Positions 13,601-26,865 of a DNA stretch of 64,000 bases are shown piece after piece. Each line of letters starts with the position of its first letter. The first letter of the stretch is position 1. The notes under the pieces are model-generated. The model had not been told where the DNA came from, ran no database searches, and saw only the letters and a list, made by a program, of their open reading frames with translations. The stretch spans positions 43,254,788 through 43,318,787 of the forward strand of contig CM120640.1 of assembly GCA_051362555.1 (NCBI GenBank), written 5' to 3'. Made by a program: the position numbers and the translations under genes. Origin of the DNA: Lingula anatina. Lineage: Eukaryota; Animalia; Brachiopoda.

Positions 13601-16600
13601 TCTGAACATAGTGGATGATTGAATCTGACAAACTGCAATGATATGAGTTTATTTCCATTTTTGACATTTTATTACACAATACATGATAACAAGTTTACCA
13701 TGTTTTTTACATAATCAACTAACAATGTTGTAAAGATGCAGGAAATATCAAACAAACACTTTTAGGCATCTTATTAGTTAAATAATGAGACTGTTAACAT
13801 GCCTAATAATTGAATCTGAGGAAATGTGAAAAAACAGTATAACTTCTTAAGTAATGGCCCGATTATGCTTATTTTCGAACTCAACCTGCGTTTTAGTAAG
13901 ATTGACCACTCCTGTGAGTATAATTACAATTGGCCAATCCGTTTTTCTTATATTGTGTTATCAGTGTTTCATTTATATTGAAAATAGTGAAAAAACAGCA
14001 TAAATTACCTAAAAGTGACCTGATCATGATGATTTTCGAACTTGACCTGCGTATTATGAATATTCATCAGTTCTGTAAGTTTCAAGTCAAAAGGTAAAAT
14101 GGTTTTCCACTTATCGTGTTATCGGTGCTGCATATATGCTGAAAAAAGTGAAAAAACAGAATAAATTCCCTAAAAGTGACCCGATCATGCTGATTTTCGA
14201 ACTTGACCTGCGTATTATGAATATTCATCAGTTCTGTAAGTTTCAAATCAAAAGGTAAAATGGTTTTCCACTTATCGTGTTATCGGTGCTGCATACATGC
14301 TGAAAAAAGTGAAAAAACAGCATAAATTACCTAAAAGTGACCCGATCATGCTGATTTTCGAACTTGACCTGCATATTATGAATATTCATCAGTTTTGTAA
14401 GTTTCAAGTCAAAAGGTAAAATGGTTTTCCACTTATCGTGTTATCGGTGCTGCATATATGCTGAAAAAAGTGAAAAAACAGCATAAATTCCCTAAAAGTG
14501 ACCCGATCATGCTGATTTTCGAACTTGACCTGCGTATTATGAATATTCATCAGTTCTGCAAGTTTCAAGTCAAAAGGTAAAATGGTTTTCCACTTATCGT
14601 GTTATCGGTAAAAGTGCACGGCGACGGCGACGGTGACGACGGCGACAGCGACGACGGCGACGACAGACGCAGATGATGGCTATATGTACAGACACATCTG
14701 TGTCTGTACATAAAAAGCAAATGATTTAGTGCGTGCATGTGTGTGTGTATGAGTTACAAATAGTCAATCCACTACTTAATATTTTTGTCTATTGTTTATT
14801 GTTATTATTATTGTGGTAACCTACTGAGCATTTGACATTTTTCCATAATCTTTTGTACACAGCTTTGGCAAGATCAAAGTTGTTGTCTCGGCAACACACA
14901 AATACAGCCTGAATGAAAAAATGATGGCAAATATGAACATGAAGGTCTAATCATTTCTAAACACAACTTTTAATTTAAATTCAATCAGGTTCATCATGTT
15001 TATTAGTATATTTTGGATGCAATTAAATATTTTGGCTACGATGAACAAAACAGATAAGTGAACAGATGAAACATTACCTGCAAGCTTATAAGATCTACTA
15101 TTCTCTCAGAACTTTTCTTTTTCCCATCTGACAGCTGAAGAGAAGACAGCAATTTGTTGAAGGCAACCAACGCATATTCCAACACAGTTTTTTGGTCTTC
15201 TTGGTTGTCATTGTACTGGGTGTCATATTCTTGGCCATCAGACAATTTGCACAAAAGGACAATCAATCTAATCTTAGAACTGTGTAGTGTTGTTTTACTG
15301 GCATTACTACACTTGCCCAAGATACCTTAAAAAACAAATTGCATAAAAATTTAATCAATATCTTCACTGCCCAGCACATCCATATGATGATATGGTATCA
15401 AATAGGTTGTATAAATTGTGCAATGTAGCATAACACAGCGCAATACACTTGGAAAAAAAAACAGTCCAATCACAAGTAAACACGGGAAATGGTTATTTCA
15501 ATCACAACAGGGTGATATAAAAGTGAAATATATTAAGAGGTAATTAACATTGTAGATACAACTTTATAAATCAGCATGATTTGATTATCGTTGGATCGGT
15601 TGCCATGTAGGCGAGTGGCTCTTTTTGGCAATAATACTGTCCAAGAAGAGCCACTTGCTAACATGGCAACCGACCTGACGATATACAAGTTTCACAGATT
15701 ATTTAAGTGATATCAATGATATAAATTATTTAGTAATCAGGGCTTTTCCTAGGATTGGGAGTACAGGCGTCCAAAATTACCACCTGTTATTTCCTACCAA
15801 ATTTCAGGCAGTTCAAGTATGCCTAGAAAGCCGTCATACTTCTCCAAAAATCCATAAGCTGTCCAGCCTTCTTTGCAAATAAAGGCTGCTCAGTGGTTTG
15901 GCTATCTAAATGACAACTTGACAGTTCGCTGGGAAAATCCTTGCTACTAATATGTTTTGTTGGTAATGATTGTTTCTTCTGTTAAATTGCAACTGGACTT
16001 ATTTTTTCCAGTGAACTGCTCTGTATTGCAGTGTATTGTGCAATTTAGGCAGTATACCGTAATAGACACACTGAATCAAATATCATACATAAATTTTAAA
16101 TATTAATGCATTCATACATAACACACCAGCAGCAGGGGCGGATCCAGAGCTATATACTGACAGTCTTCCAAATTATCTTTGTTGATTCATCCTCCAATTT
16201 TGACCATCTTCCAACATTAAAAATTGGATACCCGTCAATGTAAACTTGAAAATCTGACCGTCTTCTGGAAGACCCAGAAGACGGCCTAAATCCGCCCCTG
16301 AGCAGGTCATAATTTATAAAATAAACATCAATTGCCTCAATCAGACTGTCAAGAGTTGTAGCTCAAAATCACATTTGTGGTATGTCAGTTCCTTTTGATC
16401 TTTATCAAATGTACACTCACGTAACAGTTAATCAATTTAAGACAACACTGTCACAGTGATTCATTAAATCAATCTCAACAAGCATCTAAGCTCTTGGTGG
16501 AATACGACAGTAAGTAATATATCAATATTTCACCCCTTCAACAAGCTTCCAAGCTCTTTAACCAGAAAACGTCACCCAGTGTCTTATAATTTGTGTGTAT

Positions 16601-17618
16601 GCGTGTGCCTATGTGTGTGTGTGTGTGTTGGGGGGGGGGGGGGTGTAATGATTTAGTAAACTTAACGATGGTCTATTTTAGGTAGATCACAATCCGCTAG
16701 GGGCGCTACAGTCGTAACTGTCCACGGGCAGTGAAGTGTTAAACTGAAGTCGGCCTGCTGACAGTTCGCCTATGGAACCCCTTTTTTAAATCTCTCTTTT
16801 AGCGCTGCGTAAAAAAACTAATACAAGCCATTAACTAAATAAGTTGTAAATCAAAGAGTAAAATCCGGTCACATGATTTTCCCATGTTGCAGTCTTTGAC
16901 AAGTTTCGGTTCTGCTTGTTTTAAGTTTTGCCTCTACAAAATGCTAAAAAATTTCAGGTAAGTGCTGGTATCATCTTTTTGAAATTTATATCCAGCAAAG
17001 TTTATGAAATTTGCTATATTATGTAGAAAAATCATGAAATTTGAAGGTTGCGAAGTATAGTTAATTTAATCCGCAATATTACATGATGTGAAAATTACCA
17101 CAGGGAAATAGCTCTGCCCTGATTAGTCACAGGCTATGTGAGCCAGACAATAGGCTGAGCACACAAAGACACACAGGGTGCTCTGCTGCGCCTGAGTGAT
17201 CACTGCTGGTCAGTGGGCACAGGTTTTGAGCTGAGAAGTGTGGACACTTTTGGTGGATTTTTGCAGTTAAAAAACTTCAATATCTTTGTTGCTTGTAGGA
17301 ATATTTAAAAAATTCCAAATGATTTCATCCGGTTTTTGCATTACCTTTCAGATGATATAAGTATTTTAATTTTCTGATCAGTTTGAAAATTTTTCTGATA
17401 TACCTATCTATTTGATTTTAACTTTTAGTTTTAAGTTAAATCGGTTGTGTACATGAATAAAACACTATTATTACTGTCCTCAAATTACCTTGAATAAAAT
17501 CCCTAGATGCTGATATATCTATACGACCTTGTGTAATAAATTCTTGCCAAGCAGAGTAACATACAAAATCGAGCAACCATCTGTTTATCATTGACATCAC
17601 TTCCAAATTATCCGCCAT
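8856..17618 (-). CDS. TERF: Telomeric repeat-binding factor (TRF/TERF family): TRFH-like N-terminus plus two C-terminal Myb repeats, 10 exons, ~530 aa
   Basis: Exons 17489-17618, 15078-15325, 14825-14908, 12366-12515, 11909-12168, 11411-11507, 10998-11040, 10233-10260, 9941-10002, 8856-9346 give 1593 nt in frame with GT-AG sites. TRFH-like segments (INRWLLDFVCYSAW; LQAVFVCCRDNNFDLAKAVYKRLW) and telobox Myb (W...GVEQFGIGQWAVI...RTNVQLKDKWRNL). The three small linker exons are inferred from phase only. Confidence 0.85.
9491..9745. repeat. Two-copy ~130-bp tandem duplication in the last TERF intron
   Basis: tgtcatacta.gacattattgatgc.ggtaccacaagagcaac...aatgtaccatcataa occurs twice. Confidence 0.9.
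10388..10748. mobile_element. MITE with TTAA ends (Kolobok-like non-autonomous element)
   Basis: ttaaagggacaataact ... agttattatccctttaa; homologous to 45470-45814 in opposite orientation; carries an expanded poly(A) tract at 10582-10632. Confidence 0.75.
12684..14716 (-). mobile_element. HINE element of the same family in TERF intron 3
   Basis: Same termini (hairpin 12690-12704, atgtacagaca 12707-12717, palindrome 14683-14712), gacggc microsatellite near 14618-14665, internal duplication and 161-bp tandem array. Confidence 0.8.
13960..14610. repeat. About 4 near-identical 161-bp tandem monomers inside the HINE
   Basis: gtgacc anchor recurs at 14015, 14176, 14337, 14498 (period 161). Confidence 0.92.
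15738..15943. mobile_element. hAT-like MITE
   Basis: TIR cagggcttttcctag / ctgggaaaatccttg; flanks ttagtaat and ctactaat look like a decayed 8-bp TSD. Confidence 0.55.
16133..16300. mobile_element. Small MITE with CAGGGGCGGA termini
   Basis: caggggcggatccag ... ctaaatccgcccctg; agcag on both flanks. Confidence 0.65.
16678..17407. mobile_element. Possible older TIR element in TERF intron 1
   Basis: aggtagatcaca ... tctgatatacct (10/12 inverted match) bracket a GC-richer block. Confidence 0.35.
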
Positions 17619-17874
17619 TTTCTTTTTGATTCCAAAATCTCGCTGCTGACGAGATCCCGAACTAATGTAGCCTAGGTCAAAGGTTGATGTACAGCTGATT
17701 TATTGTTACGCCGATTCAATGTAAGTTTACTTGTTTAAGTGCAATTCAGATGTTTTCACGGGCTTTCAACTTAATGATTTATGCTGAGAAATAAATTTGA
17801 AAATGATTAATACAAGCCAGCAAGGTTTCTTCAAGTTTCCTTATACTTTTAAGTTTTAAAAAACGTTAAATTTT

Positions 17875-18049
17875 AGGGATTTCACACTAAATTGCTGTCG
17901 GCTTCCGGGAGCAGAGCGCGCACCAAAGTTAATTACCCCCTAACAGCTTTTAGTAGGCGGGACAGACATTTAAGCCTGTTAAGCTGACAGCAATCTAGTG
18001 AGACTCCCCAGGGGGATAGGTCGACCTAAATATCTGTGGGGAAGGTCTC
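17875..18049. mobile_element. Decayed copy of the 62269 MITE family, opposite orientation
   Basis: aaagttaattaccccct...tagtaggcgggacagacatttaagcc...aatctagtgagactcccc is the reverse complement of the 62300-62395 core. Confidence 0.75.
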
Positions 18050-18559
18050 TTATTGCCATATGAAGGTAGATTGAAGATTGTAGAGTTATTTTTATTATTA
18101 GTGGATTTAATCATTATATCAATACTAAACTTGAAACTGATTTGCTATGCATTTTGCAATTTGCAGGAACCAATTTAATTGTGTTTAGAAAAGCGCTTCA
18201 TAGGTGAATCGTAGCAAAAAGTTTAAACAATGTTTTGAAAATACGCTAATGAAGAAGGAGGGTAGATTGCAGATTGAGAAGGTGTATCATTCAGCTATGC
18301 TAATAGCAATTAGCAAGAGTCCCCGCATGGGTGGGTCCACGTAGACCATTGGTGTCTATGAGAATGGGCTTTAGGATTTATAACACATATGCCTTCTTCA
18401 TGGAAATAAAATTCAGAATGTCAATGTTCAATAAACATACATAAATCAATCTGGACATCATTGAATCGGTTTCTTTGGATTTTTTGTTTACTTTACTACT
18501 TGCATATGTGTCATCCTTAATGTCTATATAGCCTTTAATCTGTAGCAGCATATACCAAT

Positions 18560-21500
18560 ATGAGGTACAACAGTTCAAGAGGCCAGATCAATGACTTCAC
18601 ATTTGAGGAGGCCCTGTTCTCTGGATTCACAAGTGATGGAGGGATGTTAATGCCAGATGAAATTCCAAAGGTAGATATTTCTATTTTTACTATTGGTCAA
18701 TCTGTACATTGCATTGTCTAAGTAATGTGTTAAGTAATATATTCCTGACAAGGTATATTCTTCATGAGGTGTAATGGGGTAGATGCATAGATGGAAGTTA
18801 AGGGAAAATTTTGTGATAGAAAGTTAAATCTCATTAATATGTAAGTAATTGTAAGTTTTACAGCTGAAGAAGAGTAAATTTATAACACTTTTCATTCTCT
18901 CAAAGATCAAGATACTATTGTACAGTAACTCAATTCAATTTTAATGTTCCTCTGATTTAGTATAGCAATATTTTCTGTCTATAACCTATTACACATATTA
19001 TGAAATTTATGGATGAAGACATTTTGATGATTATAACTAGAAAAGCACTCCGAGAGCACAGATCATAGCCAAGGCAGCAATTTTTGATTATTATTGATTA
19101 TTGATTGATTATTGATCCGGATCACCACCAAAAACTAATCACTTCTAAGTTAACCCATTTCTGACCTACCCTGAAAATTTCTTCAAAATCGGTCTGTAAC
19201 TTTTGGAGTTATGTTGATGATTGATTTTTGATTATTGATTATTGGTTGATTATTGATCCAGATCACCACAAAAAACTAATCTATTCCTCCTTGGCCCTCT
19301 TCTGACAGTTCCTGAAAATTGCATCAATATCAGTCTATAACTTTTTGAGTTATGTTGATGACAGACAGTCAAACAAACAGACAGACAAACAGGGGTGAAA
19401 ACATACTCCTTGGCAGAGGTAATAAAGTCTTTGTTATCAATAATGTGTGTGATTGCAATATTGTAAGTGCAAAGTAGGCAGGTGTTCCCAAGAAAACCCT
19501 GATACAAAACTTCATTATTATGGTACAAACAATTTTGCTTGCTTTACCTTTAAGTTGTGTTTTCTAGGTAACTTCAGATCAAATCAGGCATTGGTCAAAG
19601 TTATCCTATACAGAGCTGGTAAAAGAGGTGGTAGCATTGTTTGTACCTGAAGAGGAGGTACCAAGAGAGGACCAAAGCAGTATGGAATATCATTTATTAC
19701 ATCAAATTAAATTACGGGTTAATTGCTGTGATAGTAGTAATTGTTTTTATTTTATGCCTATACGTGGGTCCTAGATTGAGATCCAGACATTATTTAAGTG
19801 TGGATTTCAGTTTGTTTGAATCACATGTCATTGAAAGGTACCAAAAAGAATGTCAAATAATATGAAAAATAATGTAATATTTATGTAAAATGTTTTAGTT
19901 AGGCTTCCAAGAAAAAATTACTAGTAACATCTAAAGAAATGTGGTTAATCTCAAAACCATCCAGTTTCTTTTTGAAGTCTTTGATTTATAATTGCAGTGA
20001 TGAATAATTCATTATTGTGGGCATGTGTGTGTGTGTATAAGTGGGTGGGTGCTGAGTGTCCTTTTAAAGTTAAATTATAAATCTCAAAAGAAGTGCCATG
20101 GATTTCATGTGCTATTATGTGACCCTGAACTTGAATGTTATATGACTGGATACACCTATGTACATTTTTCTTACAATATGTCATATAATTAATAATGTTC
20201 CTTTACATCATGCATATGCACTACATGCTTTTGGTAGTTTATGTGACTTTTAAAACATTCCCTGCCATTCCTTCTTCTGATTCTACAAATTGACCTTAGT
20301 TGTGGTTCAGCAGTTATTTCCTGGCTTTCTCTGAAACCTACAAATAAGTGTCACAGTAAATAGTTATATAGTGACTAGGCAGTGGTTCAATTTAAATTTA
20401 AAGTGACAATTTCACAACTTCCCCAAAAAAAGATGTTTCACCAAAATACTGCTTTTCAATATGTCTGCACCAGATGTGCTTTCACGACATTAACATGTAT
20501 TTTTCATTGTTTCAGGTTTAATAGACAAAGCATTTAGCAGGTTTACACACCCTGATGTTGTAAACATTGCCAAGCTAAAAAATGGTTTAAATATCCTTGA
20601 ACTTTTTCATGGCACAACACTTGCATTTAAAGATTTGGCCATGTCTTGTGTTGGGCAGTTTTTCAACTACTTTTTGAAGAAGAAGGAAAGACACATGGTT
20701 GTGCTTGTCGGTAAGTTTAAACTTCCCAAGGCATACAATGAGCTTTAGCCCTTTCCTTTGTATAGTAAAAAAAAGATTTCTCTTTGAAATTTAAATAATT
20801 TTCCAAAAATCAACTGAGTATAACAGTAATTTCCTGTCCAAAATATATTAATTCCTAAACCAGTTTTCACTTCCTAATATAACTTTGAGTTCCTTTCAAA
20901 ATGAAGATAGGAACTTGTAAATTATTTGCCAAAAGGTTAATGGCTGAACATATAAATCTTTATATTGCAGATGAATAAAAAGCCAAATTAGGCAATCAAC
21001 AGAAATGTGACATCATGTCTGTGCATTTATCCCAGTGTTATTTTTTTTTTCTGTCTGAAGGCACCTCTGGAGATACAGGTAGTGCTGCCATTGAAGCAAT
21101 GAGGGGTCTGGAAGCAGTGGATATAGTGGTCATGCTGCCAAAGGGGAGATGTACCCGTATACAGGAGCTGCAGATGACTACTGTAATTGAGGATAACGTT
21201 CACGTGTACAGAGGTCAGCTGTTTATTGTGTGGATAACAAACATGTACACAGTATTTTCCATCCCCAGCATTTCTTCATCTTTGGAAAATTAATTGTTTC
21301 TTTATATCCACAAAAAATGAAAGAAATATTGACTTCTCTACTTTTTGAACTCCTCTACCTGCAGGTGTATCTTAGAATTTGTACACAGAAACAGTGATAT
21401 GTATTTATATGATTAATTTATATAATGACAATACTGGTGCAGTATAATTATGGTAAATTTGACCACAGATGCTGTGATGTTGATTGAAAACATAGAGATG

Positions 21501-24500
21501 AACAGAAAGTTTTGATAGCATTTGTCATTTTTCATACCATTTCCTTTAGGAAAAACATATTTTGATGTACATGTAGATCACCGGCGCAGCTCATGTGATG
21601 TCTTTTAAATTCATTTTACAAATGGCTATACTTAAAATCTGGTTAGTTATTTGTCTGTCTTGTCTGTTTTCACCTCTTTATAAAGTGAAGCAAATATTTC
21701 CATACTCCTAGGCAAGGGTGTAACTGGAGTGTCAAAACGAAAGGGATTGTCTTCAGATATATTTTTGAGTTGACTTTTGTCCTGGTTAGTGGCAGTCTTT
21801 CTTAGATGCAGACCGGTTTTAATGAACTTGGCCATCTTTGCTTCCTTTTCTGCAGTGCCTTCCCATAAATGATTGGGTTTGGACACCAGTAACTGGGTTT
21901 CAGCTGGATCACTTACATTCATGGCAGTCAGAGACATATTGTTCCTCAATGCTTTTTTTTTGATCAAATATATGAAAATCCCATTTGATTCCATTTTCAC
22001 ATCACTGATGTTTGCAGATTCATTGCTGTTCAATTCAATTCGCACAGTGACAGACAGAATGTTAGGAATGAGCAAAGGTTCCAGTAAAATAAGCTCAAGA
22101 GTCATCCCAGCTATAAACACAGAGAGCAGCACAAGCAGTTGTGTGGCCAGTGTCCAGTTCTTTCCGTGTCCATCTCCTACAGAGAGATGGGCTGACGTCA
22201 CTGGATATGTCTCTCCAGTTTTCTCTTTGTGTACTGATTTCAGCATTTTTATCCAGTTTTCATCTCAGTGTTTCCTCTCCAGGGCCTCTTTTATCTAGCT
22301 TTGTACTTATTATAAACACTTCCTGCTGGTGTATGTGTGCTGGTGTATGTGTGCTGGTGCATGCGTCAGTAGTGGTAACAGACTGTGCCTTTATATATTA
22401 TGTTTACATCAAGATTTATATGTGACCTCAAGGTAGTTGTTACCATGTGTAGATCGAGATGCAGGTTATAAATCATGTATTTTTTTTCAAAAATTAACTA
22501 GTAGCACCATGAGCAGATGCCAGTAGATGTAGTGAAATTTATGCACAGTGCCTTTGGATTATGTAATATACTCTGGCAGATCAAAGGAGTGGGTGTGGCA
22601 GGTGTTCCTGCCCAAGGGTGTGTAAGACCATGGCCTGGAGAAAAGGTGCAGCAGGAAGTCCATCCAGGACTCAAACTTGTATTATTTTTGTTTTGAAGGA
22701 GAATTAGATGAATTGCTGGTTGGCAATGATTTATTAATATAGATTTTTTTTCATTAGATTTTTTTCTTTTTAATGGCTTCTTAGCCTCTAATAAGTAATC
22801 TGCTTGGATAATTTTGGATTTCAATTCTTTGGCAGGTCATATTGTATGAATGCTTAAATTATCACATGGTTTTAAGTCGGGTATAATGTCAGCCATTTAA
22901 ACAATTTGCTTTATGATAACACAGAATTTACTTGTTTTATATCTTTAAAAAATTGATGTATTTCATGAAGTACATTCAAAACTGACAAGTTCATTTATTA
23001 TTAAAAGGCAGATTGTTTTTATCTGTAAATCTTGTCAGCTAATTATGCAGCCTATCTACTAGTCAGGGGATGGTTATAAATAATTCCTACTGGGCTACAA
23101 CTGAAAACTATCTCAAGTTTAGAGAATTTGTAAAACAAAATCGTGCACACATGTAAATATCTCCCTTTCAGTTGATGGCACATCAGATGAAATAGATGAA
23201 CCTTTGAAAAACTGTTTCACCGATGCAGCCTTTGCCCAAGAAAATAATCTGTGTAGTGTCAACTCAATCAACTGGTGCCGCATCATGGTGCAGATTGCTC
23301 ATTATTTCTATGCATATTTCCAAGTAAGGCACAAATCCAATCTTCCACACTTTGTCTGATCCTTCCATCCAATAAAGTTCTCTAGAGTATACTTTAAAAG
23401 TATTTCAGATAAATATTTTAAATAAATGCTTGTCCAAAAAAAGGGTGCAGATACTATAATAGATATTGCAGAGTAAAATAGTTGATCAAACAACAAACAG
23501 CATTACATTAAGTTTAAATAGGTGAAAGTCAAATTCACTTTTTTGAACTCAATACATTCCATAGTCATATAATAAATATTTTATATGTAATGTACCATAG
23601 GTTTGATGTGCAGTGATGTGATGCCAGATGTTATGCATACAAGATTTTCTTCTGTTCTCTCCACAGCTGTGCCCAGGTTGTGATGATACAGTGGAAATAG
23701 CTGTCCCTACAGGAGGCTGTGGCAACATCACAGGTCAGATTTGAGAATGTCACCAGTTAAATGGCAAATGATGTTTTAGTTTTTATAGTATGAAAAAGTC
23801 GAAAAGGACAGGAAGTTTTATAGTGTTTCAGTTGAGATAGAAGAGAGTTTGTTAATTGTGATTATTGGGACAGTGTTCCACATGAAAGTACAAAATGATG
23901 GTTGTTTGTGGAAACAATTTTCATTAGATATACACTTGACTTCATGCAATTTGTTTATTTAGCACTGTCTGCTTTAAATTGAAGTAAAACTCATTATTTT
24001 CCATAAAATTAAACTGTTGTGGAAGCTGAATCAACTATAACTGTCTGTGTTGCTGATGGAAGAGCTGATATCTTTTTGTTACCAAATGAATTTTTATAAT
24101 GTTGCTTTAAGCATTCTGGAATTAAAATTCTTTGTGGCTCATAGCATGAATCTACTTATAGGTTGCCATGTTGTTCTAAGGATATCTGGATATCTACTTT
24201 GTTCCAACATGGTTCAGATATACATGCATGTATATAAATTGGACTAAAAGACATCAAATTTGAGAAGGGTACTTTTGAGATTGATGTTTCAAAAATTATA
24301 TTTCTTTTATGTGATTTTAGTAGGTATTTGTCTTCATTGCAGCCTTATGTGTAGATAGTAGTAGTTAGGCTGTGCATTATTTCAGATTTAGCTGGCATTT
24401 TTTCTTTCATTTATTTATATTATTACTTTCATTCATATTACTTGTGGTACATTAGTCATCATCCTCTTTTTTCCAATCAGCAGACTTTTATTATCCACTT

Positions 24501-26233
24501 AGAAGTACTGTTGACTGTTTTCATTCCTATTTCAGCTGGCTGCCTCGCATGGTTTATGGGCCTTCCTATAGAGATAACAGTAACAGTCAATAGAAATGAT
24601 ATCATGTATCATATATGTACAGAGGGAAAGCTTAAAATGCCTTCCACAATGACCCCCTCTCTTGCTCCAGCCATGGATATTCAGGTAAAGGAGCTGGGAA
24701 TACAGTGAGATTTGTAATTGAAATGAAGTGATATTTGTAACATATTCTGAACCAGATGTGAAGTGATATTTATTATTACTCTCTTGTCTGTTTTAACATC
24801 TGTTTTGCTATGACATTGAAAATTTTATATTGTTTTGAGGAATGCCAATTAAAGCTCTCAATATCAATTTTGCATGTAAGTGATTATATCAATTAATGCT
24901 ATTCTGAGATACTTGTACAGAAAAATTATACCAAATAGTTGGGTTGTAAAATATGGCCCAGAGAATTGGAAAATCTGGCAATTGCATTTTATTTTCAATA
25001 TTATTTTTACAAATAGAATTAAAAATTTAAATTCAGAATCCATACAATATGCAGAGAATTTTGTACATGCTTAGTAACAGTAATGGAAAACTTGTCAAGG
25101 AAATAATGGAGACTTTTGAGGCTGGTAGAGAAGCAGTTATACCAGACGATGTTTTCAAAAAAGTAAGTGCAGTGCATTGATTTTGTATTTTGCATATTAA
25201 AGATAATATGATACTAATTTTTCTTGAAAGAAGAAAAGAAGATTATGACTGTGATAGAACAAATTCTTTTCTCTCATAACTGATTTTTTTATAAATGCAA
25301 TGAAATGATTCAATTTGATCTTTTAAATTGAATTAAAGCATTTATTAGATACAGAATCAGTAAAGGTGAAAATGAAAATACACACATGGAATTCAACTCA
25401 GGTCTTTAACAGTTGAACACGTTGTCCTGTTTTCTAGATGAAAAAGATTGTTACAAAAAGTTTTGTTGCTGATGATGATTTGATCAAGTCTGCAATGGCA
25501 CGTTGCTGGAAGGAGAACCAGTATCTGTTATGTCCACATACTGCTGTGGCTGCTGCCTACCACTACAACACTCTGGTCAAGTAAGTGGCCATTGTCCACC
25601 AAATTGAATGTGTCCACATATGATGGTGGTCTCTTAGTCAATTAAACAATAACATCAAATCAGGGAAGGAATTATTTGTTGTTGTTCAGCATCCTGGCCC
25701 ACCAGGTCTCTATCGTCAACCATCGCTAACCATACACCAACATACAGGTGCTTTGGGAATGTGTAGCCTCATCAAATTGTTAGAGAAATAGAATATTTAA
25801 ATAACAAATATAGGATATTTGATTCAGAATGTTTGATTTTTTTATTATTTAATTTCTGTGAAAAACCTGGATACACATTTATTTCAGAGAGATTCAATTT
25901 TTAATAGGTATTTATAATGTTAATCCAAATCCACAGAACATAATGATGTAAGAACAGGAAAGCAAAATCATATAGATGACAGCTCATGGAGACATCTTCC
26001 ATAATAATTTCAGTTCTGATGTGATACCCAAAAGAGTATGCATAGCTACGGCATCTCCTGCCAAGTTCCCAGAGGCAGTTACATTAGCTGGCCTCACTCC
26101 CCAGCCAACACCAGAGATAGCTGCCTTGGAAACCAAACCAACCAGGTACATAGACATGAATAAGGGAGAGGACTGGACTGGCATTCTTAAGGAGAAAATT
26201 AAGGAGATCAGCCAAAAGAGAAGAAGTTATTAG
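18560..26233 (+). CDS. THNSL2: Threonine synthase-like 2 (PLP enzyme), 10 coding exons, ~475 aa
   Basis: Exons 18560-18670, 19568-19679, 20516-20710, 21061-21213, 23172-23323, 23667-23733, 24536-24684, 25037-25162, 25438-25580, 26014-26233 give 1428 nt in frame. Motifs [13 protein letters not shown] (PLP lysine), [47 protein letters not shown]. Confidence 0.93.
19035..19425. mobile_element. Second short HINE-like element in a THNSL2 intron
   Basis: aactagaaaagcactc start; gccaagg/ccttggc subterminal inverted match; two internal repeats (tgatccggatcacca...); gaca microsatellite; ends ctccttggcagaggtaat. Confidence 0.6.
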
Positions 26234-26532
26234 CTTATGATTGCTTTTTGTTATCTATATGGCTGTGATTGTGGAAACTAAGATACATTTTAAAAAGATA
26301 ATTTTAACACTTATATATTTTATATGATTTTATTCTGAGGTGGGCAAGGATTTGTCTCAAGGTTAAATTAAACAGAAATTATAATATAGATCATAAACTG
26401 ATTCCAATTTTTATATGTACATGTTTTGATTGTGATTTTTTTGTTTTCTGAAAGCAATATTTTTTGAGAGGGTGATTGTGCTTATTCAGATTTACATGAC
26501 ATTGCAATATGTAATGCTAGTCCCAATGCTAA

Positions 26533-26865
26533 TTATAACTGTTCGTTTTGGCCAAAAAATTAATTTTCCTGGCGTAAACAACAATTTTTCAATACTTACC
26601 ATTGGTTAATGAATCCATTACTATATCCAAAGTTATTCCCTGTTTTTTTCTAAAAAGTTACTTTTTTTGTATTGATCTCTTAAGAGATTATTGCAGAGTA
26701 TAGCCATCTATGGAGATCACATGGACCGATAACAAGTTTAGATATCAGAATAATAGCTATAACTGCCGTTTTTGTGGTAAAACAATATATTTTATTTCTA
26801 TGAGTTGTTTACAATGTTTTTATTGTGAAATATAGATCTCATACAAAGAGTTATTATCCCTTTAA
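26533..26865. mobile_element. Same TTAA MITE family, left end decayed, downstream of the THNSL2 stop
   Basis: ataactgttcgttttggccaaaaa ... gagttattatccctttaa; colinear with 45470-45814. Confidence 0.75.

Noticed and set aside
13960-14610. CRISPR-like array
   Set aside because: Contiguous 161-bp monomers with no unique spacers, no cas genes, and a spliceosomal eukaryotic context.
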